Below are positions 55,976 through 64,000 of a stretch of DNA of 64,000 bases, piece by piece. The position numbers and the translations under genes are program-made. Numbering within the stretch: position 1 is the first letter of the stretch; every line of letters starts with the position of its first letter. Below the pieces are notes generated by a model. The model was not told the origin of the DNA, did no database searches, and was given only the letters and a program-made list of their open reading frames with translations. Source of the DNA: Elioraea sp. (GTDB lineage: Bacteria; Pseudomonadota; Alphaproteobacteria; Acetobacterales; Acetobacteraceae); NCBI RefSeq assembly GCF_022842375.1, contig NZ_JALHPR010000005.1, positions 134,370 through 198,369 of the forward strand, in the 5' to 3' direction.

Positions 55976-56641
55976 ATGATGACGTATCGCTTCCGCTGGG
56001 ATGTCGTCTGGAGCAACGCGGGCTTCCTGCTGTCCGGCCTCGAGCTCACGCTGATGATCTCAGCGATGACGCTTGCCATCGCCATCGTGCTCGGCCTCGT
56101 CATCGCCGTGATGCAGATGTCGGCGAGCCGCATCCTGCGCTGGATCGCGATCGCGGTCGGCGAGGTGGTGCGGAACACGCCGATCCTCGTGCAGCTGCTC
56201 TGGGTCTACTACGTGCTGCCGATCGTGTTCGACATCGAGATCAGCGCGATTTCTGCCTGCGTGATCGGCCTCTCCGTCTACGCGTCGGCCTTCATCGCCG
56301 AGGCGTATCGTGCGGGGATCCAGGCGGTGCCGCGCGGGCACAGCGAGGCCGCGCAGGTGCTCGGCCTCACCGGCGTGCAGACCTTCCTGCGCATCGTGCT
56401 GCCGCAGGCGATCCGCTTTACCCTGCCGCCGCTCTGCGCCAATTTCGTGCTGCTGATCAAGTACTCCTCGCTCGGCGCCGTCGTGTCGGTGAGCGAGATT
56501 ACCCGCAAGGGGATGGAGCTTTCTGCCTCTACGTTCCGGCCGCTCGAGATCTTCACGTTCATCGCGGTCGTCTACTTCTTCATCTGCTGGCCGCTCACGA
56601 TGAGCATCCGCGCGTGGGAGAGGCGGCTCGCACGCCGCTGA
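55976..56641 (+). CDS. Polar-amino-acid ABC permease (His/Glu/Gln/Arg/opine family)
   Basis: 221 aa with the typical IRNTP-like segment VVRNTPILVQLLWVYY and the EAA loop SAFIAEAYRAGIQAVPRGHSEAAQVLG. Confidence 0.9.
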   Translation: MMTYRFRWDVVWSNAGFLLSGLELTLMISAMTLAIAIVLGLVIAVMQMSASRILRWIAIAVGEVVRNTPILVQLLWVYYVLPIVFDIEISAISACVIGLSVYASAFIAEAYRAGIQAVPRGHSEAAQVLGLTGVQTFLRIVLPQAIRFTLPPLCANFVLLIKYSSLGAVVSVSEITRKGMELSASTFRPLEIFTFIAVVYFFICWPLTMSIRAWERRLARR

Positions 56642-56676
56642 CCCGACGGGCCGTCAATCCGGGAGGAGAACAACAC

Positions 56677-57624
56677 ATGACGACGCTGGCCGACGACGGG
56701 CTGTTTCGTGCGCCGCGCACCTTCATGGGTGCACCCTACGGGCGGCCGGGCGAGGGCAGCCGCGCGGCCTTCATCGGCCTTCCCTTCGATTGCGGCGTGC
56801 ATCCCTTCCGCGTCGGCTGCCGGCAGGGGCCGCATGCGGTGCGCGAAATGTCGGCGCTGATGCGACGCTACAACCCGACCTATGCCGATTTCGACCCCGT
56901 GAAGGCACTCGGCCTCGTCGACTGCGGCGATGTCGAACTGACGCCGGGGCGCATCCTCGATGCCTATGCGCGGATGGAGGCGGGCGTGTCGGCGATCGTC
57001 GAGGCAGGGGCGATCCCCGTCACCGTCGGCGGCGACGGCTCGGTCTCGGTGCCGGTGCTTCGCGCGGTGGCGAAACGGCACCCGGGCCTCGCCGTGCTGC
57101 ACATCGACAGCCACACGGACACCTACCCCTACGACGACCCCGATGACCGCTACAACGCAGCGACGCAGCTGACGCACGCGGTCGAGGAGGGCCTCGTCGA
57201 TCCGCACCGGTCCTGGCACATCGGCATCCGCGGCTCGACCTTCGCGCAAGGGGTTGTGAAGCGCGCACGGTCGCTCGGCTACGGGGTGGTCTCGATCGAC
57301 GATCTCGTCCGCCGCGGCTTCGCGCAGACGATCGCTGAGTTCCGCGAGGGCGTGGCGCGCCGGCCGGTCTACATCTGCTTCGACATGGACGTCTTCGACC
57401 CATCCTGCGCACCAGGTGTCGCGACGCCGACCTGGGGCGGCCTCAGCGCGCGCGAGGGCATCGACCTCATCCGCACGCTGACCGACCTCGATATCGTCGC
57501 GGTCGACATCAACACGGTGAGCCCAGCGCAGGATGTGAACAACATGGCAGCACATCTCTGCGCGCATGTGGCCTACGAGTTCCTGGTGCTGCTCTGCCGC
57601 AACCTTGGCCTCGCCGAGGACTGA
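56677..57624 (+). CDS. Ureohydrolase (arginase/agmatinase/guanidino-acid hydrolase family)
   Basis: 315 aa with a GGGAGGAG RBS. The Mn-ligand motifs are GGDGSVS, LHIDSHTDT and CFDMDVFDP. Confidence 0.85.
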   Translation: MTTLADDGLFRAPRTFMGAPYGRPGEGSRAAFIGLPFDCGVHPFRVGCRQGPHAVREMSALMRRYNPTYADFDPVKALGLVDCGDVELTPGRILDAYARMEAGVSAIVEAGAIPVTVGGDGSVSVPVLRAVAKRHPGLAVLHIDSHTDTYPYDDPDDRYNAATQLTHAVEEGLVDPHRSWHIGIRGSTFAQGVVKRARSLGYGVVSIDDLVRRGFAQTIAEFREGVARRPVYICFDMDVFDPSCAPGVATPTWGGLSAREGIDLIRTLTDLDIVAVDINTVSPAQDVNNMAAHLCAHVAYEFLVLLCRNLGLAED

Positions 57625-57630
57625 GCGCCG

Positions 57631-58893
57631 TCAGAACCGCATCGTCAGCCCGGGGAAATAGCTGAACAGCAGCAGCACCGTTAGGCCGACGGCATAGAAG
57701 GGCAGCAGCTCCACCGTCGCGCGCAGGATCGGAACACGCGCGATCGTCGTCGAGATGAACAGCGTGGTGCCGACCGGCGGCGTGTAGAGGCCGATCGCGA
57801 GGTTCAGCACCATGATCACGCCGAGCTGCACCAGGTCGAGCCCGATCGACTGCGCGAGCGGAACGAAGATGGGGCCGAGGAGAAGGATCGCGGCCGGCAG
57901 GTCGATGAACATGCCGGCACCGAGCATGATCGCGTTCATGGCAAGCAGGATCAGCCATGGCTGTTGCAACGTGCCGGTGGCCCAGGCGGCGAAGGCCTGT
58001 GGTGCCTGCACGAAGGTCATGATCCAGCCGACAGCCGCACTTGCCATGATGACGAGCATCACGACGCCCGTGGCGCGCCCTGAATTGACCAGCGCGCCGA
58101 GGAAGCGCGCGATCGTCATGTCGCGATAGATGAAGGTGGCGACCACCAGCGCATAGAGCACCGCCATCACCGAGACTTCCGTCGGCGTGGCAACGCCGAA
58201 GCGAAGGCAGGCGAGGATCAGCACCGGCATGGCGAGCGCGGGCAGCGCACGCAGCGCGAGGCCCCACACCTCGCCACGCGCGAGCCGCTGGTGCGTGACC
58301 GGAAAACCGCGCAGCCGCGCGGAGACGTTGCACACGAGCAGGAATCCCGCGGCCAGCATCAGGCCGGGCAGCACGCCCGCGACGAACAGCGCACCGACCG
58401 AGACGTTGCTGACGAGCGCGTAGAGGATCATCGGGATCGAAGGCGGGATCAGGATCGCGATGGTCGCCGCCGCCGCGTTGTTCGCGGCGGCGAACCCTGC
58501 CGGATAGCCCTCGCGCTTCTGCCACGGGATCAGCACCGAGCCGAGGGCGGAGGCATCCGACACGGCGGAGCCGGAGACGCCGCCGAACACGACGGAGCCG
58601 ACGACCGTCGTGCTCGCCAGCCCGCCGCGGTAGTGTCCGACAGTGGCCGAGGCGAAGCCGATCAGCCCCTGGCCGAGCTTGCCCGTCATCATCAGCTCGC
58701 CCGCAAGCACGAAGAACGGCAGCGCGAGCAGCGGGAATGACTGCGTTTGCGCGAACATCTGCTGCACGACGAGCAGCAGCGGCAACGCGCCATCGGCCCA
58801 GAGCGATGCGCCGGAGGCGATGACGAGGGTGTGCGCTACCGGAACCGACAGCACGAGCAGCCCGAAGAACACGAGCGAGAGGACGAGGCTCAC
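57631..58893 (-). CDS. dctM: TRAP transporter large permease
   Basis: 420 aa, highly hydrophobic, DctM-like throughout. The start is GTG. Confidence 0.9.
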   Translation of the reverse strand: MSLVLSLVFFGLLVLSVPVAHTLVIASGASLWADGALPLLLVVQQMFAQTQSFPLLALPFFVLAGELMMTGKLGQGLIGFASATVGHYRGGLASTTVVGSVVFGGVSGSAVSDASALGSVLIPWQKREGYPAGFAAANNAAAATIAILIPPSIPMILYALVSNVSVGALFVAGVLPGLMLAAGFLLVCNVSARLRGFPVTHQRLARGEVWGLALRALPALAMPVLILACLRFGVATPTEVSVMAVLYALVVATFIYRDMTIARFLGALVNSGRATGVVMLVIMASAAVGWIMTFVQAPQAFAAWATGTLQQPWLILLAMNAIMLGAGMFIDLPAAILLLGPIFVPLAQSIGLDLVQLGVIMVLNLAIGLYTPPVGTTLFISTTIARVPILRATVELLPFYAVGLTVLLLFSYFPGLTMRF

Positions 58894-58921
58894 CGTTGCG
58901 GATCCTTGAAGTTGCCTCTGC

Positions 58922-59455
58922 TCACGTCACCGCGTCCTCGGGCGCTGCCTCCGGGGCGGCACCCGAGCCGAGCAGGGCAACCCGCAGCGCGATCGTCGCT
59001 GCCGTCAGCGCCGTCAGCGCGGCGAGCATCGCCATCGCCCAGTAGCCATAGCTGCCGGGGATGCGCAGGATCGTGCTCTGCTGCAGCTTCGCGATCTCCG
59101 CCACCTCGAGCGCCAGCAGCGCCAGCCAGGTGTAGGACGCGACGACGAGCGCGTTCACGATCACGATCAGCAGCTGTCTGCCGCGCTCGGGCAGGGCGCG
59201 CGGCAGGATATCGACGGCGATATGCGCGCCCGACTGCGCGGCCAGCACGACGCCAGCCGCGATGAACCAGGGAAATGCCTGCTCGGGGATCTCCTGCGCC
59301 CAGGAGAAACCGCCCATGCCGAGCGCGTAGCGCGCGATCACGTTCGCCGAGAGAACGCCGAGCAGGAGCAGGCCGGTGGCGACAACGACCACGCGGCAGA
59401 GAAGGGCGACGGCGCGATCGATCGCCGCCGCCCCGCCGAGAAGGAGCGCGCGCAT
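58922..59455 (-). CDS. dctQ: TRAP transporter small permease
   Basis: 177 aa from MRALLLGGAAAIDRAVALLCRVVVVATG, with four hydrophobic segments. It lies between dctP and dctM. Confidence 0.75.
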   Translation of the reverse strand: MRALLLGGAAAIDRAVALLCRVVVVATGLLLLGVLSANVIARYALGMGGFSWAQEIPEQAFPWFIAAGVVLAAQSGAHIAVDILPRALPERGRQLLIVIVNALVVASYTWLALLALEVAEIAKLQQSTILRIPGSYGYWAMAMLAALTALTAATIALRVALLGSGAAPEAAPEDAVT

Positions 59456-59489
59456 CGCGCCCGCTCCCCGCCCGTTCCGGCCCTCTCCC

Positions 59490-60491
59490 TCAGGCCGTCG
59501 CTGCCCGGCGCACCTCTCGCACGAACTCGCCGAAGGGCCGCTTCTCCCACGCATCGAGAACGCCCGCGGTCGCGGTGCGGAACGCGCCCTGGTTCGCCTC
59601 GTTCACGGCAACGTTCGCGTTGGCCTTGAACTCGGCGAGCAGCGTCGTGTCGCTCTCCACCATGATGCGGCGGTTCATCGCCTCTGCCTCCTTCATCGCG
59701 TCGAGCAGCAGGCGCCAGTCGGCATCGTTGATGCGCGCGCGGGCGATGCGGCTGAAGAGGACGGGCGTGCTCTCCCACTTGTGGGCGGAGAGGGAGATGT
59801 ACTTGTTCACCTCGAACAGCTTCGAGGAGTGGATGTTGGCTAGCGGGTTCTCCTGCCCGTCCACCACGCCCTGCTGGAGGGCGACGTAGAGCTCGGAGAA
59901 GTTGATCTGCTGCGTCGCCGCGCCAAGCGCCTGGAACGTGTCGATCGTCGCCGGGTCGGCCGGGGTGCGGATCTTGAGGCCGCGCAGGTCGTCGGGCGTG
60001 TTGATCGGCCGCCGGCTGTTGGTGATGTGGCGGATGCCGTTGTCCCAGTAGCTGACGAGCAGGAGGCCGAGCGGCTCGAACCGCTTCGCCAGGTTCTGCC
60101 CGACGGGGCCATCGACCAGGCGATAGGCCTGGGCGTTGGTCGCGAACAGGAAGGGCAGTCCGAGGGCGGCCATCTCCGGCACGAGCGAGGAGGACGGCCC
60201 CTGGCTGTTGACCGAGATGTCGAGCGTGCCGGTGCGAAGGCCCGTCAGCATGGCGAGGTCATCGCCGAGCTGCGCGGCACCGGCGACGCGCACCTCGATG
60301 CGGCCGTTGGAGCGTGTCTTCACCAGCTCGGCAAAGTGGTCGGCAGCGACCCAGCGCGGGTTGCCGCGCGCGGCATTGTGGCCGAGCGTGAGGCGGACCT
60401 GCCCCTGGCCGCGGGCGATGGAGGGGGCGGCAAGCAGCCCGGCCGCGCCAAGCAATGCGGTGCGGCGGGTCGTCTTCATCCGGTTGATCAT
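59490..60491 (-). CDS. dctP: TRAP transporter substrate-binding protein
   Basis: 333 aa from MINRMKTTRRTALLGAAGLLAAPSIARG (Tat signal). LRLTLGHNAARGNP, ELYVALQQGVVDGQENP and other DctP-type segments are present. Confidence 0.85.
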   Translation of the reverse strand: MINRMKTTRRTALLGAAGLLAAPSIARGQGQVRLTLGHNAARGNPRWVAADHFAELVKTRSNGRIEVRVAGAAQLGDDLAMLTGLRTGTLDISVNSQGPSSSLVPEMAALGLPFLFATNAQAYRLVDGPVGQNLAKRFEPLGLLLVSYWDNGIRHITNSRRPINTPDDLRGLKIRTPADPATIDTFQALGAATQQINFSELYVALQQGVVDGQENPLANIHSSKLFEVNKYISLSAHKWESTPVLFSRIARARINDADWRLLLDAMKEAEAMNRRIMVESDTTLLAEFKANANVAVNEANQGAFRTATAGVLDAWEKRPFGEFVREVRRAATA

Positions 60492-60566
60492 GATCTTCGT
60501 TCCTTCCCTGTCGATATCCCCAGCCGGCATCGTTCTCCGGCGGGCCTTGGTGAACTCACGTCCCGG

Positions 60567-61556
60567 TCACAGCCACTCCCTGATGCGGCGTGCGACTTCT
60601 GTCGTCGAAATCCCGTACCGGTCATGCAATGTCGGCAAGGCGCCGGCATCGAGGAACCGGTCGGGCAGGGCGATCTGGCGGAAGCGGGGGCCATGGCCGT
60701 GGCGGAGCAGCAGCGCCGCCACCGCCTCGCCAAGCCCGCCGATCTCGCTGTGGTTCTCGGCCACCACCACGAGCCTGCCGGGCCTCGCTGCCGCGGCGAG
60801 GATCGTCTCAGTGTCGAGCGGCTTGATCGTCGGGCTGTGCAGCACCGCCGCACCGATGCGGTCGGCTTCGAGAAGCTTTGCAGCCTCCAGCGCGCGCATC
60901 GTCATGATGCCCGACGAGATGACGAGAACATCCGCCCCGTCACGCAGCATCGCTGCGCGGCCGAGTTCGAAGCGGTAGTCATACTCGTCGAGCACCAGCG
61001 GCACGTTGCCGCGCAGCAGCCGCATGTACACCGGGCCCGGGTGGGCGGCGATGGCGGGAACCGCACCGGCGATGTCGTGCGCATCGCACGGGTCGATGAT
61101 CGTCATGCCCGGCATGCCGCGGAAGATCGCCAGATCCTCCGTCGCCTGGTGGCTCGGCCCATAGCCCGTCGTGAGGCCGGGCAGCGCGCAGACGATGCGG
61201 ACGGGCAGGTGCTCCTCGGCGATCGCCATGCAGATGAAGTCATACGCCCGGCGCGAGGCGAACACGGCATAGGTGGTGGCGAACGGCATGAACCCTTCGC
61301 GCGCCATGCCGGCTGCGGCGCCCATCAGCAGCTGTTCGGCCATGCCCATCTGGTAGAAGCGGTCGGGGAAGCGCTCGGCGAACACGTGCAGGTCGGTGTA
61401 CTTGCCGAGATCGGCCGTCATGCCGACGATGCGGTCATCGGTTTCGGCGAGACGGGAGAGAGCGTGTCCGAACGGCGCGGGCGCGGTGCGCTGCCCCTCT
61501 GCCGCAAGCGAGGCGATCATCGCCGATGTGGTGGCGCGACGTGGTGCGGCCGTCAT
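60567..61556 (-). CDS. Transketolase, C-terminal (pyrimidine-binding) subunit
   Basis: 329 aa. FPDRFYQMGMAEQLLMGAAAGMAREG is typical of the split-transketolase B subunit. The ATG overlaps the upstream stop (ATGA). Confidence 0.85.
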   Translation of the reverse strand: MTAAPRRATTSAMIASLAAEGQRTAPAPFGHALSRLAETDDRIVGMTADLGKYTDLHVFAERFPDRFYQMGMAEQLLMGAAAGMAREGFMPFATTYAVFASRRAYDFICMAIAEEHLPVRIVCALPGLTTGYGPSHQATEDLAIFRGMPGMTIIDPCDAHDIAGAVPAIAAHPGPVYMRLLRGNVPLVLDEYDYRFELGRAAMLRDGADVLVISSGIMTMRALEAAKLLEADRIGAAVLHSPTIKPLDTETILAAAARPGRLVVVAENHSEIGGLGEAVAALLLRHGHGPRFRQIALPDRFLDAGALPTLHDRYGISTTEVARRIREWL

Positions 61557-62392
61557 GGCGCTGCCCCCTCGACCAGCCTGATCGCATCGGCCCATTCATG
61601 CGGCTCGACGCGCAGGAAGTGGCTCTTCTCCCGCGCCTCAAGGAAGGGAACGCCGCGGGCCATGCGCGTGTCGCAGATGATGACGCGCGGGCCGGCGACC
61701 GTGGCGTTGCGGGCCGCATCGAAGGCAGCGACCAGGCTCGGGATGTCGTTGCCGTCGACACGCTGCGCATGCCAGCCGAAGGCGCGCCATTTCTCCGCCA
61801 GCGGCTCGAAGCCGAGGACGGAGGAGGATCGCCCATCGGCCTGCATCTGGTTCACGTCGACAAGTGCCACGAGGTTGTCGAGCGACCAGTGGGCGGCCGA
61901 CATCGCAGCCTCCCACGTCGCCCCCTCGTTCAGCTCGCCGTCCGACAACAGCGTGTAGACGAGCGACCGTGACGCCTTGCGCTTCAGCCCCAGGCACATG
62001 CCGACAGCAACCGTCAGCCCCTGGCCGAGGGAGCCGCCGGTGATCTCCATCCCCGGCGTGTACGCCGCCATGCCCGACATCGGCAGGCGGCTGTCATCCG
62101 ACCCGTAGGTGTCCAGCTCCGAGACCGGAACGATCCCGGCCTCTGCCAGCGCGGCATAGAGGGCGATGGCGTAGTGGCCGATCGAGAGCAGGAAGCGGTC
62201 GCGCCCCTCCCACGCCGGATCCTCGGCCCGAAAGCTCATCGCGTGGAAATAGGCGACCGCCAGCACATCGGCGATGCCGAGCGCCTGTGCAATGTAGCCC
62301 TGCCCCTGCACCTCGCCCATGCGGAGCGCGTGCAGCCGAATGCGGCGCGCGCGCTCAGGCAGGGTGGGGGCGTTGGCGAGGGCGGGGGGCAT
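61553..62392 (-). CDS. Transketolase, N-terminal (TPP-binding) subunit
   Basis: 279 aa with SIGHYAIALYAALAEAG and the TPP motif LLSDGELNEGATWEA. The ATG overlaps the SDR stop (ATGA). Confidence 0.85.
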   Translation of the reverse strand: MPPALANAPTLPERARRIRLHALRMGEVQGQGYIAQALGIADVLAVAYFHAMSFRAEDPAWEGRDRFLLSIGHYAIALYAALAEAGIVPVSELDTYGSDDSRLPMSGMAAYTPGMEITGGSLGQGLTVAVGMCLGLKRKASRSLVYTLLSDGELNEGATWEAAMSAAHWSLDNLVALVDVNQMQADGRSSSVLGFEPLAEKWRAFGWHAQRVDGNDIPSLVAAFDAARNATVAGPRVIICDTRMARGVPFLEAREKSHFLRVEPHEWADAIRLVEGAAP

Positions 62393-63141
62393 CAGTGGAT
62401 CAGCATGCCGCCGTTGACGTCGATCACCGCGCCGGTGACGTAGCCGGACAGGTCGGAGGCGAGGAAGAGGTAGATGTTCGCGACGTCGATCGCGTCGCCG
62501 AGCCGGTTCAGCGGGATGCCCTTCTTGATGTCCTCCTTCATCTCCGGCGTCAGCTTGCCGCCGGTGATGTCGGTCTGGATCAGGCCTGGCGTCACGCAGT
62601 TGACGCGGATGCCATCGGGGCCGAGCTCGCGCGCCATCGCCTTGGCGAGGCCGAGAACGCCCGCCTTCGCCGCCGAGTAGTGCGGCCCGCCGAAGATGCC
62701 GCCGCCGCGCTGCGCCGAGACCGAGCTCATGCAGGCAATCGCACCCTGCTTGCGCGAGCGCATGTGCGGGATGAAGGCCTGGCTGAGGTAGAGGACGCCG
62801 GAGAGGTTCACGTCGATCACCCGGTCCCAGTTGTCGGGGCGGATGTCCATGATCTTGAGCGGCTGGGTGATGCCGGCGTTGTTGATCAGGATGTCGACAT
62901 GGCCAAGCCCGGCGATCGCGGCGTCCGCCGCTGCGGTGCAGCTCGCGGGGTCAGACACGTCGCAGCCGAGGCCGAGATGCTGTGGCCCGAGCGCCGCCGC
63001 GGCTGCCTTGGCGCCGTCTGCGTCGATGTCGAGGATGGCGACGCGGGCGCCGTGTTCCGCGAAGAGGCGGGCGGTGGCGAGCCCGATGCCGCGCAGGCTC
63101 GCGGCGCCAGAAATGACGGCCGTCTTGTTGGCAAGCAGCAC
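62392..63141 (-). CDS. Short-chain dehydrogenase/reductase (FabG-like)
   Basis: SGAASLRGIG, NNAG and YSAAK motifs. The start is GTG with a GGAGGGA RBS. Confidence 0.85.
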   Translation of the reverse strand: MLLANKTAVISGAASLRGIGLATARLFAEHGARVAILDIDADGAKAAAAALGPQHLGLGCDVSDPASCTAAADAAIAGLGHVDILINNAGITQPLKIMDIRPDNWDRVIDVNLSGVLYLSQAFIPHMRSRKQGAIACMSSVSAQRGGGIFGGPHYSAAKAGVLGLAKAMARELGPDGIRVNCVTPGLIQTDITGGKLTPEMKEDIKKGIPLNRLGDAIDVANIYLFLASDLSGYVTGAVIDVNGGMLIH

Positions 63142-63227
63142 TGTTCCCTCCGGGTATTCTCGTTGGAGTGCACTATCCGGGTGGCCAGCCTCACCAGCAA
63201 GTGAGGAAAACCCGCCGTCACATGAAC

Positions 63228-64000
63228 TCAGTTCACCGGTGTGCCATCAATCACTGTCAGGTCGAGCGGGAGGGCGAGCTCGCGGCTCAGCCAGTCGATG
63301 AAGAGGCGCAGCGCCGGCGCGTAGCGACGCGCGCGCGGGAACACCAGCCAGTGCCCGACATAGGTCACGTCCTCGCCCACGCCGGCGAGCGGCCTGACGA
63401 GCCGCCCGCTGGCGAGCTCGCGCTCGGCGAAGCGGAGGGATTCGAGCGCGACGCCAAGCCCCTCGGCGGCTGCGGAGAGCGAGAGGAAGCTGCGGTCGAA
63501 GCGCGGCCCGCTGCTCTCCGGCGCGATCAGGCCATTGGCCGAGAACCAGTCGGGCCAGCGGACCTTCTTCACCGCACTTTCGATCAGCGTCTGGCCGAGC
63601 AGGTCGCGCGGCGCCCTGATCGCGCCGGCAAGCGAGGGCGCGCAGAGGGGTGTGACCGTCTCGTGGCCGAGCGGCATGACGACCAGCGCCTGGAAGGCCT
63701 GCGTGCCGTAATGCTCCGGCCGGGGTGCGCCGTAGACGATGTCCGCGTCGAACTCGTCGCCGCGGAAGCGCGTGTAGTCAGCCCCCGCCGCGATGCGGAG
63801 TTCCAGCCCGGCATGCTCCTCCAACAGCCGCTTCAGCCGCGGCACCAGCCATTGCGCCGCGAAGGAGGGCGCGCAGTGAAGGCGCAGCCGCTCGGGCCCG
63901 CGCGCGGCGATCGTGCTGATGCCGAGGCGGAGCTCGCCGAACCCGCGCTCGACATGCCCCATCAGCGTCTCGCCCTGCGCCGTCAGCCGGGTGCCGCGCC
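63228..64000 (-). CDS. LysR-family regulator (GcvA-like effector domain); 5' end lies outside the window
   Basis: ORF 63228..63962 continues upstream in frame (...RGTRLTAQGETLMGHVERGF) to the window edge. The effector domain contains LRLHCAPSFAAQWLVPRL. Confidence 0.75.
   Translation of the reverse strand, partial: RGTRLTAQGETLMGHVERGFGELRLGISTIAARGPERLRLHCAPSFAAQWLVPRLKRLLEEHAGLELRIAAGADYTRFRGDEFDADIVYGAPRPEHYGTQAFQALVVMPLGHETVTPLCAPSLAGAIRAPRDLLGQTLIESAVKKVRWPDWFSANGLIAPESSGPRFDRSFLSLSAAAEGLGVALESLRFAERELASGRLVRPLAGVGEDVTYVGHWLVFPRARRYAPALRLFIDWLSRELALPLDLTVIDGTPVN

Noticed and set aside
63189-63206. The hairpin CCTCAC-cagcaa-GTGAGG between the LysR gene and the SDR gene, considered as a terminator.
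   Set aside because: The stem is only 6 bp and no U-tract follows on the transcribed (minus) strand. It could equally be part of the promoter or operator.

Overview
This is a very GC-rich, gene-dense proteobacterial chromosomal segment. Tat signals, orphan Bug/TctC-type binding proteins and the mix of Liv-type, NitT/TauT-type, polar-amino-acid ABC and TRAP transporters suggest an alphaproteobacterium, but that is a guess. I support about 65 protein-coding genes, one possible gene relic, two or three hairpins and a few regulatory sites. I recognised no rRNA, tRNA, CRISPR, transposase, integrase, phage or defence genes. Many long ORFs in the track are antisense or upstream-extension artefacts of the high G+C; starts were re-picked by frame arithmetic, RBS and signal peptides. 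Content from left to right: (1) a soxXYZA set translationally fused behind an IorAB-type periplasmic molybdo-/[2Fe-2S] oxidoreductase. (2) DUF3445 plus a sigma-54-type regulator with a PEP-hydrolase-like TIM-barrel sensor and degenerate ATPase motifs, then a Liv-type ABC importer co-oriented with UPF0261 (Tm-1-like), a PEP-hydrolase-like protein and a tandem-SRPBCC protein. This is the best candidate for an undescribed system. (3) Amidohydrolase, def paralogue, peptide SBP and amidase. (4) RraA-like, TauD, RidA, SDR and serine hydrolase. (5) katG/oxyR. (6) sorAB behind a textbook sigma-54 promoter, next to a PhnD-like SBP, histidine kinase and NtrC-type regulator. (7) Acyl-CoA ligase, enoyl-CoA hydratase, Bug SBP, a hypothetical protein and DUF3750. 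(8) A NitT/TauT-type ABC importer plus a MetE-C-terminal-like methyltransferase. (9) GntR, Bug SBP, M19 dipeptidase and a CN-hydrolase. (10) GMC oxidoreductase, a signal-less SBP-fold protein, M28 peptidase and LysR. (11) An amino-acid ABC transporter plus a ureohydrolase. (12) A TRAP transporter, split transketolase and SDR, then a LysR gene. All family calls come from reading motifs by eye; no searches were run.
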